Origin: Eubacteriales bacterium
Lineage (GTDB): Bacteria > Bacillota > Clostridia > Oscillospirales > CAG-382
Length of the DNA: 64,000 bases
Reading direction: 5' to 3'
NCBI GenBank assembly: GCA_045580005.1
Contig: JAZNMZ010000061.1
Coordinates: 5,508 to 69,507 of the forward strand
Shown here: one piece after another, positions 7,601 through 17,000 of the stretch
How positions within the stretch are numbered: the stretch's first letter is position 1
Layout of the letters: each line of letters starts with the position of its first letter
The notes under the pieces: model-generated
The model's input: only the letters and a program-made list of their open reading frames with translations
Told to the model about the DNA's origin: nothing
Databases searched by the model: none
Made by a program: the position numbers and the translations under genes

Positions 7601-10064
7601 AAACGCGAGTATAACACTTTATGCCGTTTGGAGTAAGATACTTTCCACTTATACCGTATCGTATAACGCAAATGGCGGCTCGGGTGCACCTTCAAGTCAG
7701 ACAAAGACCGAAGGTGTAGCTCTTACACTTTCGAGTACAAAGCCTACTCGGAGCGGTTACAGCTTCCTCGGCTGGGGAACAAGCTCGTCATCTACCTCGC
7801 CATCGTATTCATCCGGAGGTACTTATATCGCCGACGCAAGCATAACTCTTTATGCTATATGGAGTAAGAACGCCTCATATTATACCGTTTCCTACAGCGC
7901 AAACGGAGGAAGCGGTGCTCCCTCCGCGCAGACCAAGAACGAAAATGTGGCGCTTACGCTTTCAAGCACCAAGCCGACAAGATCGGGCTATACCTTCCTC
8001 GGTTGGAGCTCGAGCAGTTCCGCAACTTCTCCGACATACTATGCGGGCGGTACTTATACCGCCAATGCAAGCGTAACTCTTTATGCGGTATGGAGCAGAA
8101 ATGTATCATACTATGCGGTAAACTACTATGCAAACGGCGGCAGTGGAGCGCCCGAGGCGCAGGTGAAGATCGAGGATGTCGCGCTTACACTTTCATCGAT
8201 CTCTCCCTACAGAAGCGGATATATCTTTTCCGGTTGGGCAACAAGCTCAACTTCATCTGTTATTTCTTACTATCCCGGAAGCACCTTCAGCGGAAATTAC
8301 AGCCTTGATCTCTATGCGGTATGGCAAAGGAGTCTTGCTTCCTATACCGTAAATTATGATGCAAACGGCGGAAGCGGAGCTCCGTCCTCTCAAACAAAAA
8401 TAGAAGACACAGTGCTGACACTTTCGTCTACCAAGCCTACAAGGAGCGGCTACACCTTCCTCGGTTGGAGCTCGAGCAGTTCGGCAACTTCGCCCACTTA
8501 TTATGCGGGCGGCACCTATACCGCAAATGCAAGCATAACTCTCTATGCGGTATGGTCGCGTATAACTTATACCGTAAGCTATGATGCCAACGGAGGTAGC
8601 GGTGCGCCGTTCTCGCAGATCAAGTATTACGGTCAAGTATTGACCATAAGCAACACAGTCCCAACAAGAGATGGCTATACCTTTCTCGGATGGTCGGAAT
8701 CCTCATCGGCCGCATCGCCCTCATACTATGCGGGCGGTCAGTTCGGAGACGACCGCTCTGTGACCTTATATGCCGTATGGCAGGAGCACAACTACGATTT
8801 TTCAATATCCGCTCTCGAAGTCACTCCCGATACAGTTACACAGTATGAGACCGTCAATATTCGCTTCCGCATAGATAGCTGGGACGAATACAATAACTAT
8901 TCGGATATCCCCGTTGAGGTGCTCTTGAACGGTACCCAAATATATTATACCACCGTGTATATCTACGCTTACGGTGTGAAGTATATAGAATTCAACCTCA
9001 ATGTCGGCGAGATCGAAGGAATGCAGAGTCTTGTTGCGCGAGTGAATTGGGTGGATCACCACAATGAAACAAGAACGGGAAACAACTCGGTTTCCGCAAC
9101 ATTTACCGTTAAGAAAGCTATTGAAACTTCGGTAGATCAGACGGGCTTGAGCGGAGAATACATCGAGGGATTCGATGTCATTTCAAGTTTCTATGTGAGA
9201 AATGAGGGAAGCTCGGATGTTACGCCCGATGACGGAGTTACCTTTACGCTCAAAGTCTACTCTACTGCCGAGACGGTATTTGAGGGAACAAAGACAGTTG
9301 TGATCCCTGCGGGAGGTACAAATATAGTCTATTTCAAATGGACAGTACCCGAAAACAGCGCGGGAACGGTATATTGGTGTCGCGGCACTATATCCGAAAG
9401 TACGGGCGATGGAAACACGGATAATAATTCTACCGAGTTTTCAATAGTATCTGCTTCGCTTCCGAGCTCAACTACACCTAACACAAGATATGAGGAAAAA
9501 GCTCCCGCGACCTATGATCCGATGGTTACGCCTCCTTCCGATAAAGCCGGCTCGGCTTCATGGAATGAGTGGGTATATGAAAATGATTCATTTGTTCTCA
9601 AGACCTACGGCATAACCGTTTCGGGCGGCAATCCTATGCTTACACCGAGTGCAGGATGCAAGACGGCGGTCAAGGACGGAAGTCTGTGGAAGCTCGGTTC
9701 GGGTTACGGTGTATCGCTTTCATGGACACCCGTTATAATCTCATCGGGCGTATCCACACCATCGCGCGATTCATATACCGAGGCTCAATCCGTGTATGCG
9801 ACCTTTCCCGAATATGCATATGTGCTCGCGCAGAATAAATATGACACTCTCGATGATGTCGCAGGAACATTCATGTTCAAGCCCAACCCCGATGCTGACA
9901 ACACCGAAAGAGTACACTTTATACCGCTTTATGTCAAGGACGGACTGTACAGCGTATCTGTTTCCGCATCGTATATCTGGACACCTGCGGGCATGGTCAC
10001 GGCAACTAAAAGTGCATCGGTTATTATACGCGGAACAATGTATGACGATTGGTATCAAGGATGA
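4590..10064 (+). CDS. giant secreted adhesin with Listeria-Bacteroides (Flg_new/InlB-B-type) repeats and C-terminal CARDB-like domains
   Basis: 1824 aa. The RBS AAAGGAGG lies 9 nt upstream and the signal peptide is MKWSKFISVFLVIVTLLPLVATCVSASG. I counted 16 units carrying NGGSGAP...L(T/S)..P.R.GY.F.GW...LYAVW. These are followed by Ig-like/CARDB-like segments, and no LPXTG motif is present. Confidence 0.9.
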   Translation: MKWSKFISVFLVIVTLLPLVATCVSASGYALKVTIYYKSESGDTLASTVSTTINAADSNKPSWTSPSISGYYLKNSSDAVVTYSMLTITSLPTNYIREGSATYTVYYVKEASKTVNYVYNHNNATAAPSKTQTGKIGDSYSITSPTITGYTPSAAVISGTFTSTTSTSVVRYAEKSYTVSFNANGGSGAPSSVKKYYFTTLVLPTDTPVRYGYSFLGWSGSSTATSAGYSPGGSFTLNRDITLYAVWSTNTYAVTYNGNGGSGAPSTQYKQFNVPLTLSTKVPTRSGYVFSGWARSATGSVAFQPGDSYTSNSKMNLYAIWTAAPKQYTVSYNANGGSGAPSSQTKTEGVALTLSSTKPTRSGYTFLGWGTSSSATVASYSAGGTYTSDASITLYAVWSKIPSTYTVSYNANGGSGAPSSQTKTENVTLTLSSTKPTRSGYTFLGWGTSSSATTAAYSAGGSYTANASITLYAVWSKNVSYYTVSYNANGGSGAPSAQTKTENVTLTLSSTKPTRSGYTFLGWSSSSSATSPTYYAGGSYTANASVTLYAVWSKVLSTYTVSYNANGGSGAPSSQTKTEGAALTLSSTVPSRSGYTFLGWGTSSSSTSPSYSAGGSYTIDASITLYAVWSKNTSYYTVSYSSNGGSGAPLSQTKTEDVPLTLSSTKPTRSGYTFLGWGTSSSATSPSYYPGGTYTANASITLYAVWSKVLSTYTVSYNANGGSGAPSAQTKTEGVALTLSSTVPFRSGYSFLGWGTSSSSTSPSYSAGGTYTADASITLYAVWSKNTSYYTVSYSANGGSGAPLAQTKTENVALTLSSQEPTRSGYTFLGWSSNSSATSPTYYPGGTYTANASITLYAVWSKILSTYTISYNANGGSGAPSSQTKTEGVALTLSSTIPFRSGYSFLGWGTSSSSTSPSYSAGGSYTADASITFYAVWSKNNSYYTVSYSANGGSGAPLAQTKTENVALTLSSTTPTRSGYTFLGWGTSSSSTSPSYYPGGIYTANASITLYAVWSKILSTYTVSYNANGGSGAPSSQTKTEGVALTLSSTKPTRSGYSFLGWGTSSSSTSPSYSSGGTYIADASITLYAIWSKNASYYTVSYSANGGSGAPSAQTKNENVALTLSSTKPTRSGYTFLGWSSSSSATSPTYYAGGTYTANASVTLYAVWSRNVSYYAVNYYANGGSGAPEAQVKIEDVALTLSSISPYRSGYIFSGWATSSTSSVISYYPGSTFSGNYSLDLYAVWQRSLASYTVNYDANGGSGAPSSQTKIEDTVLTLSSTKPTRSGYTFLGWSSSSSATSPTYYAGGTYTANASITLYAVWSRITYTVSYDANGGSGAPFSQIKYYGQVLTISNTVPTRDGYTFLGWSESSSAASPSYYAGGQFGDDRSVTLYAVWQEHNYDFSISALEVTPDTVTQYETVNIRFRIDSWDEYNNYSDIPVEVLLNGTQIYYTTVYIYAYGVKYIEFNLNVGEIEGMQSLVARVNWVDHHNETRTGNNSVSATFTVKKAIETSVDQTGLSGEYIEGFDVISSFYVRNEGSSDVTPDDGVTFTLKVYSTAETVFEGTKTVVIPAGGTNIVYFKWTVPENSAGTVYWCRGTISESTGDGNTDNNSTEFSIVSASLPSSTTPNTRYEEKAPATYDPMVTPPSDKAGSASWNEWVYENDSFVLKTYGITVSGGNPMLTPSAGCKTAVKDGSLWKLGSGYGVSLSWTPVIISSGVSTPSRDSYTEAQSVYATFPEYAYVLAQNKYDTLDDVAGTFMFKPNPDADNTERVHFIPLYVKDGLYSVSVSASYIWTPAGMVTATKSASVIIRGTMYDDWYQG
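5113..8785 (+). repeat. in-frame tandem repeat array (unit ~231 nt / 77 aa, with a 462-nt two-unit super-repeat in the centre)
   Basis: 16 units are visible in the translation. Off-frame shadow ORFs recur at multiples of 231 nt, for example 6617 vs 7310 and 6106 vs 7492. Units alternate between an SSQTKTEG/SYSAGG type and an LAQTKTEN/TYYPGG type. Confidence 0.9.
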
Positions 10065-10094
10065 TTTATTGCAAAAGAAAGGAAAAACAAGATA

Positions 10095-10319
10095 ATGGCT
10101 ACTGTACACAACGGACACATTAATATCCTTCGCAAGCTCATTAAGCTCGGGTACACGGATAAGAAAGCGATAACCTCGCTCACTATATACGATGTTCTTA
10201 AGCTCCATCTCTCAAAGGGAGAGATGGAGAGCGTGTGTGAACTCATGGATGCCGTGAGAGATAACGACCTGCTCACATTCTTTATTGACAGCAGAGGAGT
10301 GGAAAGCGATGAAGCTTGA
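10095..10319 (+). CDS. small hypothetical protein
   Basis: 74-aa ORF whose stop overlaps the start of the next ORF. No recognisable motif. Confidence 0.45.
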   Translation: MATVHNGHINILRKLIKLGYTDKKAITSLTIYDVLKLHLSKGEMESVCELMDAVRDNDLLTFFIDSRGVESDEA

Positions 10320-11016
10320 AAGTCTTGCCATTTGGGATGAGAAAGAACTTTTTGAAGAATCCCGCGGATCGGACAAGGGATACAGAGGATATGCAAAATA
10401 TATCTTTGAGGGCGAGGGAATAACCCTCCGCGCAGATCGTATGAAGTTCATATCCATCGAGGAGCAGAGAGAGCTTGAGGAACTTTTTATCTTCCTCAAG
10501 AAGCCCGAGGCGGGATTCCTTCTTCGCAGTCTTGCGGATATGACCGTATGTTGCGAGGACAAAATGAACGATCACATCCCCTATTCATTCGACAGAGAAT
10601 GCTACGGATTCCGCGTTATAGGGGACGGTATTACTTGGTATATCTCCTGCACCGTCTGGAACGAAAGATGTCACTTTACGATTTATGCTTACGGCAGAGA
10701 AGCGATCAGAAAGCATCTTGCCGGAAAGCGCGGACTTCCCGATTTCTGTCACGGTATTTATCCCTTTACGGGCGAGCAGATAACGATCTGTTTTGGGGAG
10801 CGGAGCTTTCTCCGCTTCCCGCAGTTCGGCGGAAATGTAAGTGTGAACGAGCAGAGAGTAAACGAAGAAAATAAGCGCCTCAAGGTGACAAAGGCACAAC
10901 GGTCTGCTATGGAAAACGGCATCATTTACGGTTGGGACACGCCCGCCGCTAAAGTTGAGAATTATGACAGCGAGGGACGTTACTGTCCCGAAGAAAAGGA
11001 GGGAAAAAGAAAGTGA
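10309..11016 (+). CDS. hypothetical conjugative-element protein
   Basis: ATG at 10309 lies 10 nt after GAGGAG (the ORF track starts it at TTG 10285). About 235 aa, Cys/His-containing, with no family recognised. Confidence 0.5.
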   Translation: MKLESLAIWDEKELFEESRGSDKGYRGYAKYIFEGEGITLRADRMKFISIEEQRELEELFIFLKKPEAGFLLRSLADMTVCCEDKMNDHIPYSFDRECYGFRVIGDGITWYISCTVWNERCHFTIYAYGREAIRKHLAGKRGLPDFCHGIYPFTGEQITICFGERSFLRFPQFGGNVSVNEQRVNEENKRLKVTKAQRSAMENGIIYGWDTPAAKVENYDSEGRYCPEEKEGKRK

Positions 11017-11041
11017 AAACGGAAAGGAAAGGTGAAGATAT

Positions 11042-14000
11042 TTGAGAAAAATAGATGTTGTAACCGAGCTTTACAACAGAACATTGAAGGAGCTTACCTC
11101 AAGCCCTCGCGCATGGACGGATTTTCTTCATACTGCGGCGTATCAGTACAAGTATTCGTTTTCGGATCAAGTGCTGATCCATGCACAGCGCCCCGGCGCG
11201 ATAGCCTGCGCGGAGCTTGAGGTGTGGAACAGATTCGGAAGATGGGTAAACAGAGGATCGCATGGCATTGCGCTAATAAGGGAGCGTGGCAGCCGCTCAT
11301 CCCTTACCCATGTTTTCGATCTCAAGGATACACATCACAGAGACGATGTCCCCTTTAACATTTGGGATGCAACTCCCGAAACCTATAGCGATATTTCGGA
11401 AGCACTTGAAAACAGATTCGGACACCTGCCGAAAAGGGACTCATTTGAGAATGCCGTTATCTCTGCCTGCGATAATATCTGCGAGGATAATTATACCGAC
11501 TACTTGGAGAATCTTAAGATGTCCGTCGAGGGCAGTTTTCTTGACGGTTATGACGAAGATAATCTCCGTGTAAATTTTCTGCCCATCCTTAAGTACAGCA
11601 CCGCATATTCGGTACTGACCCGACTCGGATACAGAGGTGAGGACAGCTTGGATAAGGAAGATCTCGCTCCCTTGCGCGAGTTTAACACATCCGATGTTAT
11701 CAACATTCTCGGTACTGCATCTGCCGATCTATCGGAACTTTGCTTGCGAGAGATCGAGCGCACAGTTCGAGCATATGAGAAAAACAAAAATCGCACACTT
11801 GCGGCAAATGAAAATGTGCGGTATAATGATTCCGAAAATTCAAAAAATCATGAAAAAGGAGAAAAAGACAATGAGCATCGAGAAAATGCTGAATTACAAG
11901 GCGGACGGGGAAGTTCTGATCCCCGACCTCAAGCTGCCCGAACAGACGAACTATCCCCTCGGGAAGTACGCGAAAATGAGACTCGAATTTCTCAAGAAGC
12001 ATCGCAGGGGAACTTACACGACGCTCGTGACTCAGGCGAAGCTGAACGAGCATCTTCACGAGATCGAGGAAGCGGCGAAGATGCAGATCTCCGAGAGCAT
12101 ATTACAGATGGCACAGAGCCTTGGCGTGACGGAACAGATGAAAGCGGCAGATCAGATGAAGTGGGTACAGATGATGAGCAGCATCAAGCATTCGGCAGAG
12201 GAGGAAGTTTTGAAGAGCTTGATCTACGCTTGAGCGATGAAGATGACCCTTACTACTATGACGGCAAAGGGGTAGATCCCAAATATCTCGATACAGAAGT
12301 AAAGGGCGACAAACCAATGCCCGACGAGCACACAATGATACTCATATTAAGACACGGTGACTACCTGCGTAAGAGCAAGGAAGAAATCGTGTCTTTTTTG
12401 AATTCCGAAGAAGATGAAGCCAAGCGAGCCGTCTTCGTAAGAAAGGCATATGAGATGGGACTTACGGGCGAGTTTTATCGCCCCGGAACAAAGGAATATC
12501 TCGGTTATCATGTAGAGCCGAGCGGACTTCTTATGTATGAAGGACACTTTTCGAACAATACGACAGAGATCAAATTCACATGGCAGCTTGTAGCCGATCT
12601 CATTCACGCTCTTGCAAAAGACGGTAAGTATCTTGATGAGCCGAAAGAGAAGATATCGCTATCGCCGTCGGAGATTGAAGGTGCATCGCTTAAGATCATC
12701 GAGAAACCCGCCGTCAAAACGCGAAATGAATTCACTTTTCCACAGTCCACCATCGACGAGTTCATCCGTATCGGCGGTTGCACGAGAAAAAGCACGGAGC
12801 GAATTTACGGTTATTACCGCAGAGCAAATGATACCGCGGAGAATATTCAATTTTTGAGAGAAGAATATGAAACCGATAATGTAGGACTTGTCATTGACGG
12901 TCGTAAAATGGCGGCTTCTTGGAATGACGAAGGAGTTACTATCGCCGAGGGCGAGAAAGTGGCCGGTGCTTGGCGAACGGTATTTCTCACTTGGGAGGAT
13001 GTGGACAAACGGACACGCGAGCTCATAGAGCTCGGACAGTATATTTCGAGGGCTCAAGCGCAAACGGCAGAATCTATCTATGATGAGTCTGTAGCAAATA
13101 AGATAGCCGATCTGTATAGATATTATTTTAGTGACTTGCCGGATGAAAATAAAACCGCTTCAAGATTTGTTTGGCCGGAAATAACGGATTTTTATACAGA
13201 TATACTTCATGACTTTGATAAAGCGGAAGCTTTGTGCAATGAAATGGAGCGGAATATTAAAATCAAGGAGTCTCGAAACGCAAAGTATGCAAATATTAAT
13301 TCCCCAAGATATGTTCTGATGTTGGCCCGACAGTATTTGAGGGAGCCTATTGAGTTCAAAGAGGCCGATGAGTATTTATTACCGCAGAAGTTTTATATTA
13401 CTCAAGATAGGATAATGAGCGTTCTTGCGGGACATCATCCGATCAGCGAAGGTAAATTCCGCGTATATTCCTTCTTCCTTAAAAACAAGGATAATAAAAG
13501 CAGGGCGGATTTTTTGAAGAAGGAATACGGCATCGGCGGCAGTTATGACAGCAGAGTGAATAAGGAGTACAACAGCAAGGGACTTTGTATAGGGTATAGC
13601 AGTATTTTTGTAAATGAAAAAGTGCTGCTGAAATGGACTGATGTTGCAAAAAGGATCGATACCCTCATCCGAGAAGATAAATACTTGAGCAAGGAGGAAC
13701 AAAACCTTCTTGATTGGTATGAGAAATGCCAGATCGCAAGTGCTATTCAAGGCTTTTACAGTAATCGCGGAATAGATGTAGAACGTCCGTATAAATATGA
13801 TGACAAAGCATTTTTTGAGGATAAGAGAAAGGAGCTTCTTTCTCAAATAGATGCCCCCGAAAGGCTTGCGGAGATCTACAAAATGATGTGCGATGTTTTT
13901 GAAACAGACACTCCGGATTCATATAACTATAACTATTATAAAGAGTGCTTGAAGGATGTGAGGGAATATGTAGCAGGGACTTACAACTTGTTTCCTTTTT

Positions 14001-17000
14001 CTCATTACCGCAGGAAGGCCGTTGAAAAAGCAGAAGCATCTACGGAGGAAGTCGCTGAAGAAGATCCCGCGATTGACATTGATCTTGACTCGCTTGACTA
14101 TGATATAAGGCTCGGCACATGGGTCTATATAGACAATGATGAGCTTATCATACAGTCTATAACGAGTGAGGGCGTTGAGCTTGATGACGGCTCGATCTTT
14201 CCTGTAGAGCTTTCCTTTGATGAATTTCTTGAAAAGCTCCGCTCCAACCCCAAGAACGATCACTTGAAAAAGAGTGAAAATGTTGAGGTACTCGACGAGC
14301 CCGACCCTTCGAAAGAGAACACCGAGGCGTCCGAAAAGACAGACGAACTTGAAAGAGCAAAGCATCTTATTAACGATTACAGTATGTCTGAATTCGGATA
14401 TGAAGATACCTTTGAAGATCTTCATTCTATCGGTATCGGATATACCACAACAGAGGATGATGAGATATCCATTCAAGTCGAAGCCGACCTCATAGATTTC
14501 AATGTTAAGGTCTATCTCGGCGAAGATCTTGTCGTTACAAGGCAGTACGGATCTCTAAAAGAGCTTAACGATGTTGAACTTGAAAATCTTGATTTTGATT
14601 CTCTTATCTATATTGATGACGAGATCATAGAGGAATACAAGCGGAAACATGTAACTGAAACCGAGATCCCTGCAATGCAGGAAGCACCAAAGCCTATTGC
14701 CAAACGCGCGGGTGTTAAGTTTCATCCCGAGGTGGATGACGAGGACAGACTCGATCACAAGATCGACGCAAAGGATTTACCTTTGCGTGTGCCGAGCGAT
14801 AAATACAGTCGCAATATTCGAGCTATTCGCCTGCTTCATACCCTTGATGAGGAAAACAGACTTGCTACGGAAAGTGAGCAAAAGCTCCTCGCAGATTACA
14901 GCGGATGGGGAGGTCTTGCAAATTGCTTTGATGAAGGTAACTCAAACTATGAGGAGCTTAAGTCGCTTCTTACCTATGAGGAATATAAAGCGGCAAGAGA
15001 ATCGACATTGACTGCATTCTACACACCGCCCGTTGTTATCCAAGCGATATACAAAGCGCTCGCCAATATGGGATTTACTCGAGGCAATATCCTCGAGCCT
15101 TCCTGCGGTGTCGGTAACTTTATGGGACTTTTGCCCGAAAGCATGAGCGAAAGCAGAATATACGGTGTTGAGCTTGACGGTCTTTCGGGTAGGATCGCGC
15201 AACAGCTTTATCAAAAACAAAATATAACCATCGGCGGTTTTGAAGAAACGGTATTTCCCGACAGCTTCTTTGATGTCGCTGTCGGTAATGTTCCTTTCGG
15301 ACAGTTCAAGGTCGGGGATAGGAAGTATGATAAGTTCAACTTCCTTATTCACGACTATTTTTTTGCCAAAGCTCTTGACAAGGTTCGACCGGGCGGAGTA
15401 GTTGCTTTCATAACTTCAAAGGGAACTATGGACAAGGAAAATCCCGCAGTAAGAAAGTATATCGCGCAGAGAGCGGAGCTTATAGGCGCTATTCGCTTGC
15501 CAGACAATGCTTTCAAGAGTGCGGGAACAGAGGTCGTTTCGGATATCATCTTCCTACAAAAGAGAGACAGAGTGATCGAAACCGAGCCCGATTGGGTGCA
15601 TCTCGGTCAAGATGCAAACGGCATACCAATGAATCAATACTTCGTGGATAACCCCGAAATGATACTCGGAGATATTGTTATGCGTTCAGGCCCATACGGC
15701 CCCGAACCGACATGCAAGGCTTACGAAGGGCATGACCTCGGTGAACTCCTTTCGGAAGCAGTAAGCAATATTCATGCCGAAATATCCGAGGCGGATATAG
15801 CCGAGCTTGAAGAAGATCCGAACAGCATTCCCGCTGACCCCAATGTAAAGAACTACTCATACACCATCGTAGATGGCAATGTTTATTTCCGTCAGGACAG
15901 CGTTATGAGTAAGGTCGAAACATCTGTCACGGGAGAGAATCGCATAAAGGGCATGATAGGCATAAGAGACACCGTTCGCGAACTTATCGATGCTCAACTT
16001 AAAGATCTTCCCGATTATACCATAACGGGACTTCGGGAAAAGCTCAATTCACAATACGATGCTTTTACCGCGAAGTACGGCCTTATAAACAGCAGGGGTA
16101 ACGAGTCTGCATTTGAGGATGACAGCTCATATTTCCTCCTTTCCTCGCTTGAAATACTTAACGAAGATAAAGGGCTTGAGCGCAAGGCGGATATGTTCAC
16201 CAAGCGCACGATCAAGCCCTATGTTAAGATCGAACATGTCGATCTCGCGAGTGAAGCGCTCGCGGTATCACTTTCCGAAAAGGCAGGCATAGATATTGAA
16301 TTTATGTCCGTACTTACGGGCAAGACGGAGGATGAAATATATGAGGAGCTTAAGGGCGTTATCTTCCTAAATCCCGAAGAAAGTGCCATTTTGAACAAGC
16401 CTAAATACCTTACCGCCGATGAGTACCTCTCGGGCAATGTTCGCGAAAAACTCGCAAGAGCAAGACGAATGGTAGATGAAGGCTTTGAGGAATATTCGGT
16501 CAATGTAGATGCTCTTGAGGCAATTCAACCCAAAGATCTGACCGCGGCCGAGATCGGTATCAAACTCGGAGCAACATGGATACCACCCGAAATAATAAAG
16601 CAATTCGTGTTTGACCTTTTGTCAACTCCTTCGTGGGCAAGGTGGCACATTGATGTTAAATATCTCCCGCAGACTGCTCAATGGTTCATTACCGAAAAGT
16701 CGAGGGACGACGACAATGTTCGAGCCTTGACCGTTTACGGAACGAGCCGTGTCAACGCATATGAGATCATCGAGGAAACTCTGAATCTCAAAGATGTAAG
16801 GGTACTTGATAAGAAGCTATGCAATGACGGAGTCGAGCGGTATGTATTAAACAAGAAGGAAACCACGGTAGCACAGGGCAAGCAGGAGGAGATCAAACGC
16901 GCCTTTGAGGAGTGGGCGTGGAAAGACCCCGAGAGGCGTGAAAAGCTCTGCAAGCTTTACAATGAAAAGTTCAATTCCACAAGACCGCGTACTTATGACG

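Noticed and set aside
5644-8636. Series of 60-150-aa off-frame and antisense ORFs recurring every 231 nt or multiples of it (for example 6235-6690, 6617-6943, 7310-7636 and 7492-7704).
   Set aside because: They are echoes of the in-frame adhesin repeat. The same spurious ORF is regenerated in each repeat copy.
5113-8785. Possible CRISPR-like or satellite array suggested by the strict periodicity.
   Set aside because: The period is 231 nt with no unique spacers, and the whole array is one continuous reading frame encoding a recognisable protein repeat.
9900-10064. Sortase (LPXTG) anchor at the adhesin C-terminus.
   Set aside because: The C-terminus (..VIIRGTMYDDWYQG) has no LPXTG motif, hydrophobic stretch or basic tail.
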